Assembly: GCA_013265495.1 (NCBI GenBank)
Contig: MU058584.1
Span: 3,724,508-3,786,507 of the forward strand
Reading direction: 5' to 3'
DNA from: Vicugna vicugna
Taxonomy: Eukaryota
Length of the DNA: 62,000 nt
Shown: positions 12,808 through 25,100 of the stretch, piece after piece
Numbering within the stretch: the first letter of the stretch is position 1
How the letters are laid out: each line of letters starts with the position of its first letter
Program-made: the position numbers and the translations under genes
Notes under the pieces: model-generated
Told to the model about the DNA's origin: nothing
The model's input: the letters and a program-made list of their open reading frames with translations, nothing else
Database searches by the model: none

Positions 12808-15800
12808 TCGATAACATTTTTAGTTCTCAAATCCCTTACTTAGTGATTAGCATTGTGAACTCAATTCTATATATTTATGGGGACCAGTAGGTAATGCAGA
12901 CAAGGGCAGCTGGCCAAATGTCATACAACGGGAACAGTCGGGAGTGTGGCAAACGGCAGGCTGTTTCCATAGCGGCTGCTACTACCCACCTCAAGCCAAT
13001 TGTTGTCTCTCAGGAATGTGTCGTCTGGGTTGCAAATCTTCCTATTTTTCAAGATAAGCCAAACCCCAGATTTTTTCTGTGAAGTATCCTGATTTTCAAA
13101 TGTTGGCAACCCATTCATATGTTTTTTAAAAGTCACCGGACAAGCCGTACAAAATACATTTGGGGGCTGTACAGAGCCCAGGGATCACATGCTTGCCACC
13201 TCTGAAGGGTATATACACACAGATACGATTATGAATAGATGTAACACAAAGGTGGGATTTCCCCACGGGCTGTGAAGTCACCTCGATGGTGTTCTGACAC
13301 TGCTTCTACACACAGAATGTTAGTAAATATAAGCTCGTAGGCACCTATGTTCAAATCAGAATCTGAAAACAACAGTATTACACACCAAATTGTTAGCCCT
13401 TTGTATTTCTGGGGAGCTGGAATGGGCATGTGGAAAAGCAATGAAGGGGCTTATTTAGATTTTTTTTTTACATGTGTAATTCAGAACGTTAAAATAAGAA
13501 ACTGGACAGGAGATTCACAAAGCTTGTCACTCCAACAGAAAGACATACATCAAGCTTCTCATTCTCCTAAAGCGACAGCCAATCGCTGATGTTTCAGAAG
13601 ATGGTGAAGGCTTCCCACAATGCACCTGTGTAGTGTTAGCCCCGGGGTGGCGTGGGTGACAGACTTTTGCAGTAAAGTGGCTAAAATTAAATGTCTTCAA
13701 AATCGAGAACATAGTAGGAGTTTGGGGATAGCAGACAATATACCACTATGTTATGTCAACAGTAGAGAGACAGCAAAGCTCTCTGGCTTTTATACCATGA
13801 CTTATATTTTCCTGGAGCTAAAGGCATTTTAAAAAGTGGACTTATGCTGGAATCCTCTATTTCTGAAAGTCATTTTGCTTCCAGCTTCTCGTTTTAACAG
13901 TTCCTAAGAACTGCTGTTGCCAGCTAGAAATGCTCTATCTTCTCTCCCTCTTCTATTCTGCTATGTCCAATGAAGGTCTGATCTTACAGAGTCCAAACAG
14001 TTGCAGTAAATACATTCCAGATTTCAGCAGCTCTTTACCAACACTTATGAATCACTGTCATTCTTCCAGGATTCATTTAAAGAGTGGCAATTACAAGTCA
14101 CTTTAATGTCTAAGAAAAGGATGGAAAACAGACCCAGCAAATGGAAGACCACATTTACTCTTGTCAAACCCCAGCTCAGAATACAAGTAGAAAATACAGT
14201 TTTCATGTAAGCACTCAAACAGTTTTCCCCAAACCTTGCAAAATCCATTACTTTTAAGAAATTTCCACATGAATAGACCAAATGAATCAGGCATACTAAT
14301 AGTTTGTATACACACACACACAAGTGCCAGTATCAAACCATGCCGTCACCAACTTCATAGCCAAAAACGTTCACGTACTTTGGGTTGAATGATGAGGGAA
14401 GAAAACAATCATTGTGAATAAAACAACTTCCAGATTTTACCTCTATAATTTCCCACTTCAGCTGTTTCTGCCATTGACACCTTGAAGTTATCCCCAACTG
14501 AACTCTTTGTGCATATTCCTGAGAACAAGCTCATTCCTGGAATGCCTCCAAGTCATTCATTCATCGTTTATTCATTCATTCAGTCAACAAAGAAATGTAT
14601 ACAGTGCCAAGTGCAGATACAGAGAACAAGACGTGATCCCTGTGCCTGAAAGCCTCAGGCTGGCCCGTGCAGCTTGCCCAACAGTGTGAGGATGAGAACT
14701 CAGTTTTAGTCATCTGCTTCTGTGTCACAAGGCTTATCAAACTCACAGGACCTTCTTTCTGCCAAATCCAATGTCTTCATCTTTTTTTTTTTTTTTTCAT
14801 TTTTGACATCAGGTTCTACTAAGTCATGAGGCCACCCCACCAGAGACACAATCTTTATCTAGTTTCCCACTTCTCTACCGTGGCATTATCTTTGCATATT
14901 TCACAACTCACCATGTCCTGGTGACATTTCCCCAAGGTTCTAATACCCTTTCCTAGGTTGGCCAGGCTCTCAATTCAGGACGTACTTACCTTCTGTACTA
15001 AGACAACCAGCCAGTGAACTTTTCAATCCCCTGCTCTGTTCAAATCCTTACTCTGAAATATGCTCTGCCAGAGCCCTGTAAGAATACTGCCCTGAGTAGG
15101 TGCCTCCTCCTCCATGCTCCCGAGGACCACTGTCCACACCTGCATTAGAGTACTTCTCTCTCGGTGGCGGTGATTCCTTTATGTGTGCCTCCACTAGCAG
15201 GATGGAAACCCTTCTGGGGTGAGGACTGTGCTCTATGCTGCATCCCCAGAAGCCCAGCATGAGGAGGCAGCTCACCCATCAGGATGCTGAAGTTTTTCCA
15301 GAAGTAAATCCCCATTGTTTTCTATTCTGGGCTTCTGTCTGGACTTCTGATTTACTGCTCATGATAGTGCCTTTTATCCATCTCAGAAAGGAAAAAGGCT
15401 CTGAATGAGAATGTGAAGGAACCACACCTTCGTTCAGCACTATTCTAGGTACTGGAGACTGTTTAGTACTCCTGGGCTCAGGGCTCAATGCCAAGAGCAT
15501 CCTCTAGTCACTGGAACATCCCCAAAGGCCATCTTGCCATCTCAGGCAATTGAAGACCCACCCCCACCCACACACACCCCACCCCAGCAGTTGAAAGCCA
15601 TCAGGCGGGGGTATTTTTAAGGTAGTCATTACAGAGAGATACAATATGCATACAAGTTTTATCCAAAAAACTGTTTTTGTCTTGAGTCTTAAAACTTAAA
15701 TCCAAGCTCTGATCATTAGTCCAAGCTTTTGAAGTGCAATGGAAGGTGCAGAAATGCTGAGTGTAGGACAAACTTGTTTTCAGATCTTAGATCTCCCACT

Positions 15801-17479
15801 CAGTTACCAGACAACAACAGATACCTTTTTTAATGCCCTGGAACTTGTGAAAAGGAGGAGAAACAACAATCCTTCATCCTTGCAATCTCACCCTTACTGA
15901 CAGCTTAGTTATCTCCATTCATGTCTTTGAAACATACTAACTTAGAGTCCTCCTTGGGTTTGCCAGTATATTATACAAATGAACCTTCAGGATGATCCAA
16001 GATGCTTTTCTCCCCCAGCTCCTTGTGGTTCCCCTCTTTTCCCTTCTGTTTAACGCACATCTGGGCTTCATCCCACTTCCAAGCCTTCCTAAGACGCCCT
16101 GGATTCATTTTCAGGAATATACTGTTTTCACCCTTGTTCTCTCAGCTCCTAACCCTCCAAAATGTTTCTTTCGTAAGTCTTTGAAGACCACAGATGTTTT
16201 TCTCCGGCCCTTTTAAGTATACAGTTGTTTCTATGGCTATTTGGAATCCTAAATAGATTGGACATTCCCCAAGGGCACACACATCCCTGTTTTTATTCTA
16301 TATTCCCATGGCAACCATGCAACTCAATAAATATGGTTTATGATTATCCATCACAAATGAGGATATAGCCTCCCCTTCTTTTATTTATATTTGTAAACTA
16401 TGTATTTAAGCATTTCATGTGTGTAGTTTTTCCTTTTGTGTCCATTACATTTTAGCTCACTTTACATTATAGTGAATAATTCTGACTGTGGATTCTCTCC
16501 ACAAAGTGACTCGCGTTAAATCATCTGCAATTAACTGTTAATAAGTGCTTCAGGCTTTTCAGCAGTCATCTTAAGTTCGGCCTAAGGCACTGACTTCTAT
16601 TCACACAGAATTCCAGAATCAGACTGGATTGCTAGAAAGGATCTCAGAGGTCATCTAACTCATAACCCACTCCACGCTTTCCGGAACCTGAGCCTCAAGA
16701 GAGCTTAAGAATCTTACCCAAAGTCACATAGCTGACTAATAACTGAACCAGGAGTAGAACGTGTGTCTACTCACCCCCATTCCAGGATTTTTTCCCCAAC
16801 ATCTCACTCCCCCTCAAGCTTTGCTTAGTCTTAATTTAGAAATGTTAGAATTTGTGTTTGTGGCATTGTTGCTCTACTTACGTAATTAAAGTATAATTTT
16901 TGGATATAGGAGTGTCAGAGACAGTTAAAATTTTCAGCACCTTGTAAAGCTGTGAGCAGAAAATGATTACTGAATACATCATAACACAGTGTGCGCTAAT
17001 GAAAAGGCATTCACCATGCTGCTACAAACTAACAAACAATAATAAAGAAGGTTGCGAAGCTCTCTGCCTTTGCAAAGTGCGATAGCGATCCAACCCCGTA
17101 GCCCCAGAGAGCGAACAGATACAAAGTATTATTAGTAATACAACATGCTCAGCTTAGCCTGAGATGAAACGCAGAAGAGACAGCTAGATTTGACTCCAAA
17201 GTGATGTGGAGCAGGGTGGGATTTAATGCAAGGAGGAAATTGAGTTTCTTGGTGCCCAGTGTGATTTCCTGAGCTCACTGTGCTCCATCTATCAGACTGG
17301 CACAGACACCTTAGATGCAAAGATACCAAGAATGGCTACTCTCCTTAAACCAAAAAGGTCAGGTGGTCTGAGGCAGACATGGAGGGGCACCCAGCTTGGT
17401 AGGTCCTGGATTGTCAGAGTTCCTGCCCCTTCCTCCGTGGCCATCCCGGCTCCCGGTTTGAGGGGCTTCCCCCATGGAG

Positions 17480-17980
17480 CACTTCCCAGAGCGAACTCGG
17501 AGGCACCTTCCCCCGTGTGAACGCAAACCTGCGCACTTGAATAGCGGCAGCTGGCTTTGGAGAAAAATGCCAAGACTGTCTCCTGACCAGCTTTCAAGGG
17601 CTGCCATTCTTTCTTTCCAGGGCTGAGCCGATTTCTCGGCGACACCCACTCTCCTGCGGGCCCCCGGTGCCTCCCCTCTGCAGGGCCGGGTCCCCTCCCT
17701 CCCGCGCTCGGGCCTCGCATTTTTGTCGCTGCCGGGTCCATGGACTACAATGAGGCTGGCGGGCTGACCCAGCTGCTCCAGCGCCCGCCCGGGTAACCAC
17801 GGCAACCGCAGGCTTCAGGAATGCGCACTAATTGAGGGCCGAGTTTCCTCCCACTTGTTGATGAGCAAAAGTGAGGCAAAAATAGTGAGGCGGGAGAAAG
17901 GCGGCGAGGGAGCTGGGGTGCGGAGGGGAGAGCAGTCCCAGCGCGGGACTGGGTGGCTGGAGATGAGGGGCGGGCAAACA
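17480..17980. promoter_or_regulatory. Orphan intronic CpG-rich island in ILDR2 intron 3, with RFX X-box-like GTAACCACGGCAAC (17793-17806)
   Basis: Abrupt rise in CpG/GC content within an otherwise CpG-depleted intron; not a recognisable repeat. Confidence 0.7.
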
Positions 17981-18059
17981 GTGCCTTCAAGATCTCGTTT
18001 GTCCTCTTAACAACCCGAGGCAGTGAAGAGCCTAAAAGGGCATCCTTTACCCTTCAGAA

Positions 18060-18186
18060 TTTTCTTTTGTGGGGGAAGGGGGATTAGGTTTGTTTGTTTG
18101 TTTGTTTAGTGGAGGTACTGGGGATTGAACTCAGGGCCTCATGCATGATAGGCATGCACTCTACCACTGAGTTATACTCTCCCCCC
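18060..18186 (-). mobile_element. tRNA-derived SINE (camelid vic-1-like) with 13-bp TSD TTACCCTTCAGAA (18047-18059, 18187-18199)
   Basis: Minus strand GGGGGAGAGTATAACTCAGTGGTAGAG...GAGTTCAATCCCCAGTACCTCC with A/B boxes, (AAAC)n and A-rich tail. Confidence 0.88.
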
Positions 18187-18446
18187 TTACCCTTCAGAAA
18201 TCTTAGCACATATTTTTCAATGAGCAACTTATACTGCAAACCACCACCTCTAAGCAGGGCCCCTTTGCTTGCTTCTAGTAAATGAATGGAGAGGTGCACG
18301 TCCCTAGGTCCCCGTGAACAGACCGCAAGCTAACATCCAGGGTTCAGCAGGTGAAGGTGAGCTGAAACTCATCTGCCCCCAGCTCCCCTGGATCTTCTGT
18401 TCTCTTCAATCAAACAAAGAACCTTCAAGGTGATCATCTCTAAAGA

Positions 18447-18559
18447 TGGGGTGACCACCATACCAGTATGCCTGTTGTCTTGACATAAATTATTAAAAGT
18501 CTCCCCTTTTCACTCTCAGGAGTATCCTCGTTTGGACGATAAATTATAAGCTCATGCTA
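18447..18559. mobile_element. Second, partly deleted MER94-like element
   Basis: GGGTGACCA...ATGCCTGTTGTC...AATTATTAA...TTTGGACGATAAATTATA, similar to the 12.7-kb copy. Confidence 0.6.
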
Positions 18560-19271
18560 TCTAAAGTCTTTCCAGGCCCATCCAGATCCTAATCCAAGTC
18601 TCAGATGTTCCCCAAACCCTTCCAGAGTTTATCGTATCAAATGGCCTGTATGACTTAAGCCTTGTATTTAGGTTGGGTAGTAAACACCCTGTAATTAACT
18701 GAGAAATGGGGACTTCCTACAGCAACCAAAACACAGGAACCAAAAGATAGCATGCTGGGACAGAATGCCCCAAGATCCACTAGCAGGAAGATTCCCACAG
18801 GACTGATTAGGGTCACTACTTGCAAGGCGCTGCACAGATGTCATAGAGAAAACACGAATCTATTAGTACTAGGACTGCCAATTCACAGAGCGCTCATGAA
18901 AGCCTCTGCCTATGGAACGGGCTAAAGGAATGTCGGCTCTCTGGGAGGCGTCCCGGAACACAGCATTCCGTAAACAGGGTTCCCCCGGATTAGGGATGAC
19001 ACACTGGCAATGAGATGTGGGGGACAGGAAGGGGCAGGAGAAGGGAACTGACATTTACTGAGTTCGCATTATGTGCTATGTAATCCTCACAACAGGTCTT
19101 CCATGTGACTTTTATCAGCCCTCCTCCATTTTTACAGTTAAGGAGAGCAAGACTCCTCAAGATTGACTTGTCAAAGGCTATATCCTGCACTGAGTCCACG
19201 GACATCTGACCCCAGCCTATGCTCTTCACAGTGGACCTTACCCAGCATCCAGATTGACCTCTGGTCAAAAT

Positions 19272-19487
19272 CAGGGTTTTGCAACCTTGGCGCTATTGAT
19301 GTTTGGGGCCAGATAATTCTTTGTTGGGGGATAGAAGGGCTGTTCTGTGCACTGTAGGATGTACAGCAACCTCCTTGGGCTCTACCCACTGGATGCCATA
19401 GCACCCCGAAAGGTGTGACTTCCAGAAATGTTTCTAAACATTGCCGAATATCTCCTGGGGGGCAAAATCGGCCCCTCTTGAACATCA
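19272..19487 (-). mobile_element. MER20-like hAT DNA transposon
   Basis: Matches recalled MER20 consensus (GATTTTGCCCCCCAGG.GA..TT.GGCAATGT...GGCATC.AGTGGGTAGAG...ATTATC.GGCCC). Confidence 0.8.
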
Positions 19488-21874
19488 AATACAGTGTTCA
19501 TCTTTTCTTGCACTGTTCTCTCATTGCTTCAGAAATACAAAACATATCTTTACCAAAAGATAGTAATTTTTATAGGGACAAGACAGTGTCATTTATTTAC
19601 TTTGTACCTCATTGTGCTAGGGATGTAGTATGCAAACAAGACTAGTTAAAAGTTAAATCATAATTTAAATATCAATCATACTTGAAGCAAAACGGATTCC
19701 ATTCCACAGTGCCTATCAAAGAGCAAGGTTGCGATTCAGCAATAGAGAGGTCTGAAGGCTGTAGGAGGCTCCCTGCAAAGAGTTGAAGGCATGATCCCTA
19801 GTCTTTGGAGCAACCACAAACCCCCTCCATTCCTCAAACAGTAGAACTGACAGCCATTAATCAGAATCAGATTCTAGTCAATGCCTGGCTGACTTTTCTG
19901 GCTTGTCCTTCTCCTCCATTCCTTCGACACATTTTTCTGGTTCTTCTCAAAACCAAGACCAACAGGGGCATCTAGGTAAGCTCAGGGTAAAGCAGCCAGG
20001 ACTCAGAGAGGAAGCACTGGGAGAAAAGCCAGTGGGGCTGAGTCCTAAAAAGCTTCCTCCCCTTGGTTTCATGTCTCTCCTTTCACGGGAGCCAGTGCAG
20101 TTTGCTTGGCTCTTCTGGAAATCTGAAGCTAGATGTGACAAGCCTGTCCTCCTAGAGGAATCATCTCCTCTTGAGGTCTTTCATGTGGAGCCAAGATAGC
20201 TGCAGTATAATCGAGTCTACAAATGAAAATGTGGGCACAGCCCAAGTCAAAGGATGCTCCAAAGGAGAAACAGATTTATGGTTAGAGTGTGGCTCTGTAA
20301 TTAATTCCTTCTCTCCCTTCTGCCAGGAGTAAACTTTTCTTTCTTCTCCTCCAATTCTTTCCCCTTCTTCCACTGTTTATAGATCTTCGAGAGAAACAGC
20401 AGCAGCCACTCTCAGAGATCAAAGTTTTAGCAGGCAACAAAGACCTCCGAGGAGGCTGTTGCCATGGGAACTCTCTGAGCTGAAGCCCTCTTAATCGGCA
20501 AATCTCCTTGGTTAGCAGCACGGGCTGGGGCTGGCAAAGAGGAAGAGAAGGGGGAGGAGGAGTCTTGGCAACAAGTAGCCTTTCTAAACAGCCAGAACCA
20601 ACGTCATGGAGGTGGGGGTAAGATGGGATGCAGCATGGACACAGGGGTGAGCACCAGAGTATTTCTGCACAACCATAGAAACAGACTCCCATCAAATCCC
20701 TAAAGCTGGTCACAAGTTCTGAGATGTCTCCTCCCAGGAATTCCCTGGTTCCTTATTATTAAGTTCTTAATGGCTTTTTAATACTAATAGGCAGAAAGGT
20801 TGATTTTAGACCAGAATAACAATTTCAGGCACAGTATTGTGAATAACTTGATTTTTCTTTAAAAATTCATGCATGCCTGTTTCTCTACCTCTTCTCTGGG
20901 TAATATATTCTGTACTTCTGGGTAAGTCACAGGAGGAGATGGAAGGAAAACTAGAGGCATGACAGGAAAACAAAGGTAATTCTGTGGCATTACCTTCACA
21001 GGGAAGACTCAGTCCCAACTTAGCACCTACTCACAAGGACCTGCTGGGACAAGCCTATTTCTGGCCTCCTGGAATAGCATTGCATTTGGCCTATAAAGAA
21101 GCAGAAATGGGTGAATTCCATCAAACATTAACAGTATGTGTTTTTGGCTGCCTGGTATTCTTATCTTCTTCATTTGGAAACAAATGCCCAATTTCTTTGA
21201 GGAAGCGATTCCTTTTCCATCTTCCCTTCAATTCACATGGTTCGTTTGGGGCCAGTGGTACCCTACATTCCTCTCCCAAAGAACAACTCACTCCCAACAA
21301 CAGGACTTTTGCTGAAACTATGGAGAGAGGCAGTTTATCCTCCTGAGATGTAAGGTGTTAAAGACCATGGAAGCCTGGACCTGCTGGGGGCGACGTTTGG
21401 GGCAAGTGGAGAGAGTCTTCCTAAGAATGAAACTGACACAGAGGACACAGATGATCTGAACACTGGGACTCAGACATGCCTGAAGCTAGGACTATCCTGG
21501 GACTTATCGGTTACCTAAGCCAAAAGGTTCCCCTGAGCCAGTTTAAGTATCGATCCCTCGCAATCAAAAGAGTTCTGAAGAATACACAGTCAGCTCTGGA
21601 TGATGAGATTTCCGGAGATATTTTCTTGTTTTGTCCTTTTCTGTTTTGTTTGGAATTTTTACAATAAACATGTATCCTTTTTTCCCTAAAACAGAGGCGG
21701 CATTAAAAAAAAAAAAAGACAGCAGTATTTGGGGCATCACCCTATAGAGAGAATTAATTCTGCAATCTGTGGATCTTTTAGATGAGGTCAGATTTATAGA
21801 ATGAACTCTAAAGCCATCGTGTTTATCCTAATATCCTGAACAAGAAAACCTGTTCCATGTTGGAAGCTCATCAT

Positions 21875-22179
21875 ATACAAACTACTGTATATAAAAGAGA
21901 TAAACAACAAGGACCTGTAGAGCACAGGGAACTCTATTCAATATCTTATAATAACCTATAATGGGAAAGAATATGAAAAGGTAAATATATTCATATATAT
22001 GTATTTTATATGTATATATAGTCATATATATTTTATATATATACGTATGTATATATATAAAACTGAATCACTTTACTGTATACCAGAAACAAATACAACA
22101 TGGTAAATCAACTATACTTTCATTAAAAACAAAAAAGTTTAAAAATAAACTTCCTTTTTTTTAGTTTATAAAAAAAAGA
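21875..22179 (+). mobile_element. 5'-truncated L1 3' end with 11-bp TSD AAGCTCATCAT (21864-21874, 22180-22190)
   Basis: Same L1 3' UTR motifs, internal (TA)n, A-tails and direct repeats. Confidence 0.88.
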
Positions 22180-25100
22180 AAGCTCATCATCAGAGAGGGA
22201 GTCTCTATAATTTCCCTCTACCAACCTTAATTTCCAAAAATTGCTATTTATCATTAGGAAAATCTTCCTTAGCTTTCATTCTGAACACTCCTTAACTCAT
22301 GTCCTGTTTTTCTGTTCTTGGTCCAGGGGCACAAGTGTTCCTCCAGCCATATTTCCACTGGGGCCCTTTCCCTCCTTTTTGTACTTGGCCCTTAAAAAAC
22401 AAGCTACCAATGAGCCATCAGAAAGAAGGGGCCAGGCCCTTATATGGTGCATAGAAAGAAACAAGAACAAGGCGAGCTGCTTTCAGATTTTAAAATAACA
22501 ACTTCCCTGCTTGAGCCTTCCTGAACGGTGAGGTCCTTTTCCTGCCAGCTGGAGCTGCCCAAGGGAACTTTATTCCTATCCAAACAGTGGCATGGTTCCA
22601 GGTTATAAACAGAGTGTTCCTGCCACTGATCCTAGACCAATGTCTAATCTCAGGGTGGCAGATTTCTGGACACTTCCACCTTCTGTGACTGTCTGCTGCT
22701 GTGGCCCTACCATCCCAAACATCTGTCTAAATATTTCCAAGATAGCTGTCACCCTCATCTCAAAGCACTCAAAATACCATGTGCGTTTCCAACCTCAAAA
22801 TGACTCTATCTTCTGAATCATCAAAAAGAGATTAAAAGAGTGTTCAGTATAGTTTTTGTGTTTGATGCTGAATGAGCGGTTATCCTCCCATTTCCCTGAA
22901 TCACAACTGCAGATACTTCTGAAACCTCTAAAAGAAGCATCCACAGTGATGTGTAGATGGCTCAGAAGTATGGGGAAGAGAGGGGTGGGTCTCGCTCAGT
23001 GGGGAGGTATACAATCTAGACAAGAACAACTATGTCTTTGAAGTGAGGGCTGAGGTCAATGGTTATAAGCAGTTTCACAGAAATCAAATGAAAAACTAAA
23101 GCAAATCTGGGACAAGTAAAAATCATTACCTATGGCCTCAAGCAGCAACCACATTTTTTGCAAGCATGGCTTATGCAGGGGAGCATTCTATAGCTTCTTA
23201 ATATAGACAGGTCATGTGGTATCAAGGAAAGAGAGGAGGCTAGGAATCAAAGAACTTGGAATTGATCAGAGACATTTTTTTTTTAACTAGGATAATAGTT
23301 ACAAAACTTGAATGTTAATTTCTTCATTTGAAAAACAAGGAAAATAATGTCTGCTCTCCTATGTTATAAAGTTATTATAGAAAAATTTTGTGAACTCAAA
23401 TTATTATCAGTGTACATTAACAACAGTAGGAGATACAGTAATGGTATCACTTTAGTGGATATTTATTGCTTTTTCAGGCATCTCATGTCCATTCTCCCTT
23501 TTTTGTGTGTGTGTAACAGTGCCTCGGTTTCCTTTGAGGAATTAATTCTTTTCCGTATCTTGATGGACTAGCCACCAAGAGCCTCTGATCTCCCAAGGCT
23601 AAGCAGTAGACACCTGCCCAAACTGGGCCAAATGGACTCTCTTTTCCAAGACTGATTCTTGAGTGAGGAAATGTGAGATTAGAAAAAAAAAAGTTAATTT
23701 TTTTAACGTCCATGGAGCCCTAAAGGCATTCTTTCAGAATTCTATGAATTCTTGCTATATACACCCTAGAGCATCTCTGACAGGGCAGGGACTGCGCTGT
23801 GTTCATCAAAATATTTTCACTTTCTTCCTGGGCACATACAAAATAACAGGAGTAACCCGTGTCGCTGACAGACCTGACTCCTAAAAAGTCCCACGTGATC
23901 TTCCTCACTTCCTCTTTCTGTGCAGCTGGGAGCAAAGTTCTCCAATGCAGTGAGCTGAACAATGGAGAAGCCTAGACCCCAGCCCCACCGCTTGGAAGGC
24001 AACTCCCCAGGGAAGCCTCTGAACCCACATCTGACTATGACAAGATGAAGTAATGAATTTCTGTTGTGGTAAGTCACTGAAATTTAAGGGTTTGTTTGAT
24101 TGTTTTTTAACAGAAGCTAATAGGTGTTACCCGAATATATTATCCTTTTTTGGAGACTGATTTTCCAGCCTTCCTTTCAGTGTTGATATCCTTCCAACAA
24201 ATTCCTTTCCTGCTTAAGTTAGCCAGCGTCTACTTCTGTTGCTTTCAGCCATAGTCCCTGATGGATCTGTTGCTTAGTAATTATTTGAATACCCAGATAA
24301 AGAATCATGACCAATGAGATTAAACCATGTTCTATCTCACTTGAGGCTGTAGACATTGATTGTATCAACACTTCAGAAGTCAACAATTATATACTTAGTA
24401 TTGACTAACATTTAAGAGGCACAAAGTAAGTGTTAGTTACAGATTCTGTCTATTTAACATTTTAAAACATTCACTCAAGCTCCTTTATTCTAGACACTCT
24501 GCTAGGCATCACAGATATAAAGATGAATGAGAACTGGTCCTTGCCTCTGAAGAGTTCATGGTCCAGTGCTATTGAGAAGCTCCCAGTGTGGCAGGGGAGA
24601 CCAAGACAAGGACACGTGCAGCACCAGTGTTACCACTCACATGAGGTCAAACCAGAATGTAAGGTGGATGAGGTTCTGTCCTTGGCCCTTTTCACTTTAT
24701 ATAATCTTCCTGGGTGACTCATCTCTTCTTTCATGGTTGTGACTACCACTCATGACTCTCAAATCTATCATCTCTAATCCCTGCTTCTCCACTGAGTTCC
24801 AGACCTATATTTTTAATTGTCAGCAAGGCATCTCCACCGTGGTGTCCCACAGGCCTCCCACACTGCACATGTCAGCAACCAAACTCGTTCTCCTGACTCT
24901 TCAACCTGCTTCCCAACCTGCGTCCTCTGTCTGGGTTGACAAAACAGTTGGTTACCCAGTTGGCCAGAAACAATGGGGTCCTTTTGACTCATCCCTCTCT
25001 CTCTTGTGTTTTTAATTAGTCGTCAAGATGCATCACTTCCATCTCAGAAATTTTTCTGTGTTGTCTCTTCCCAGTTCATCACTCTGGTTCATAATCTCGT

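Noticed and set aside
17292..17805. 149-aa and 148-aa minus-strand ORFs over the intronic CpG island
   Set aside because: Stop-poor GC-rich sequence; no domain; the nearest plausible donor (GA|GTGGGT) is phase 2 and would not join ILDR2 in frame
18085..18186. tRNA-like sequence with A/B boxes
   Set aside because: Has an A-rich tail, TSDs and a second decayed copy; it is a SINE, not a tRNA gene
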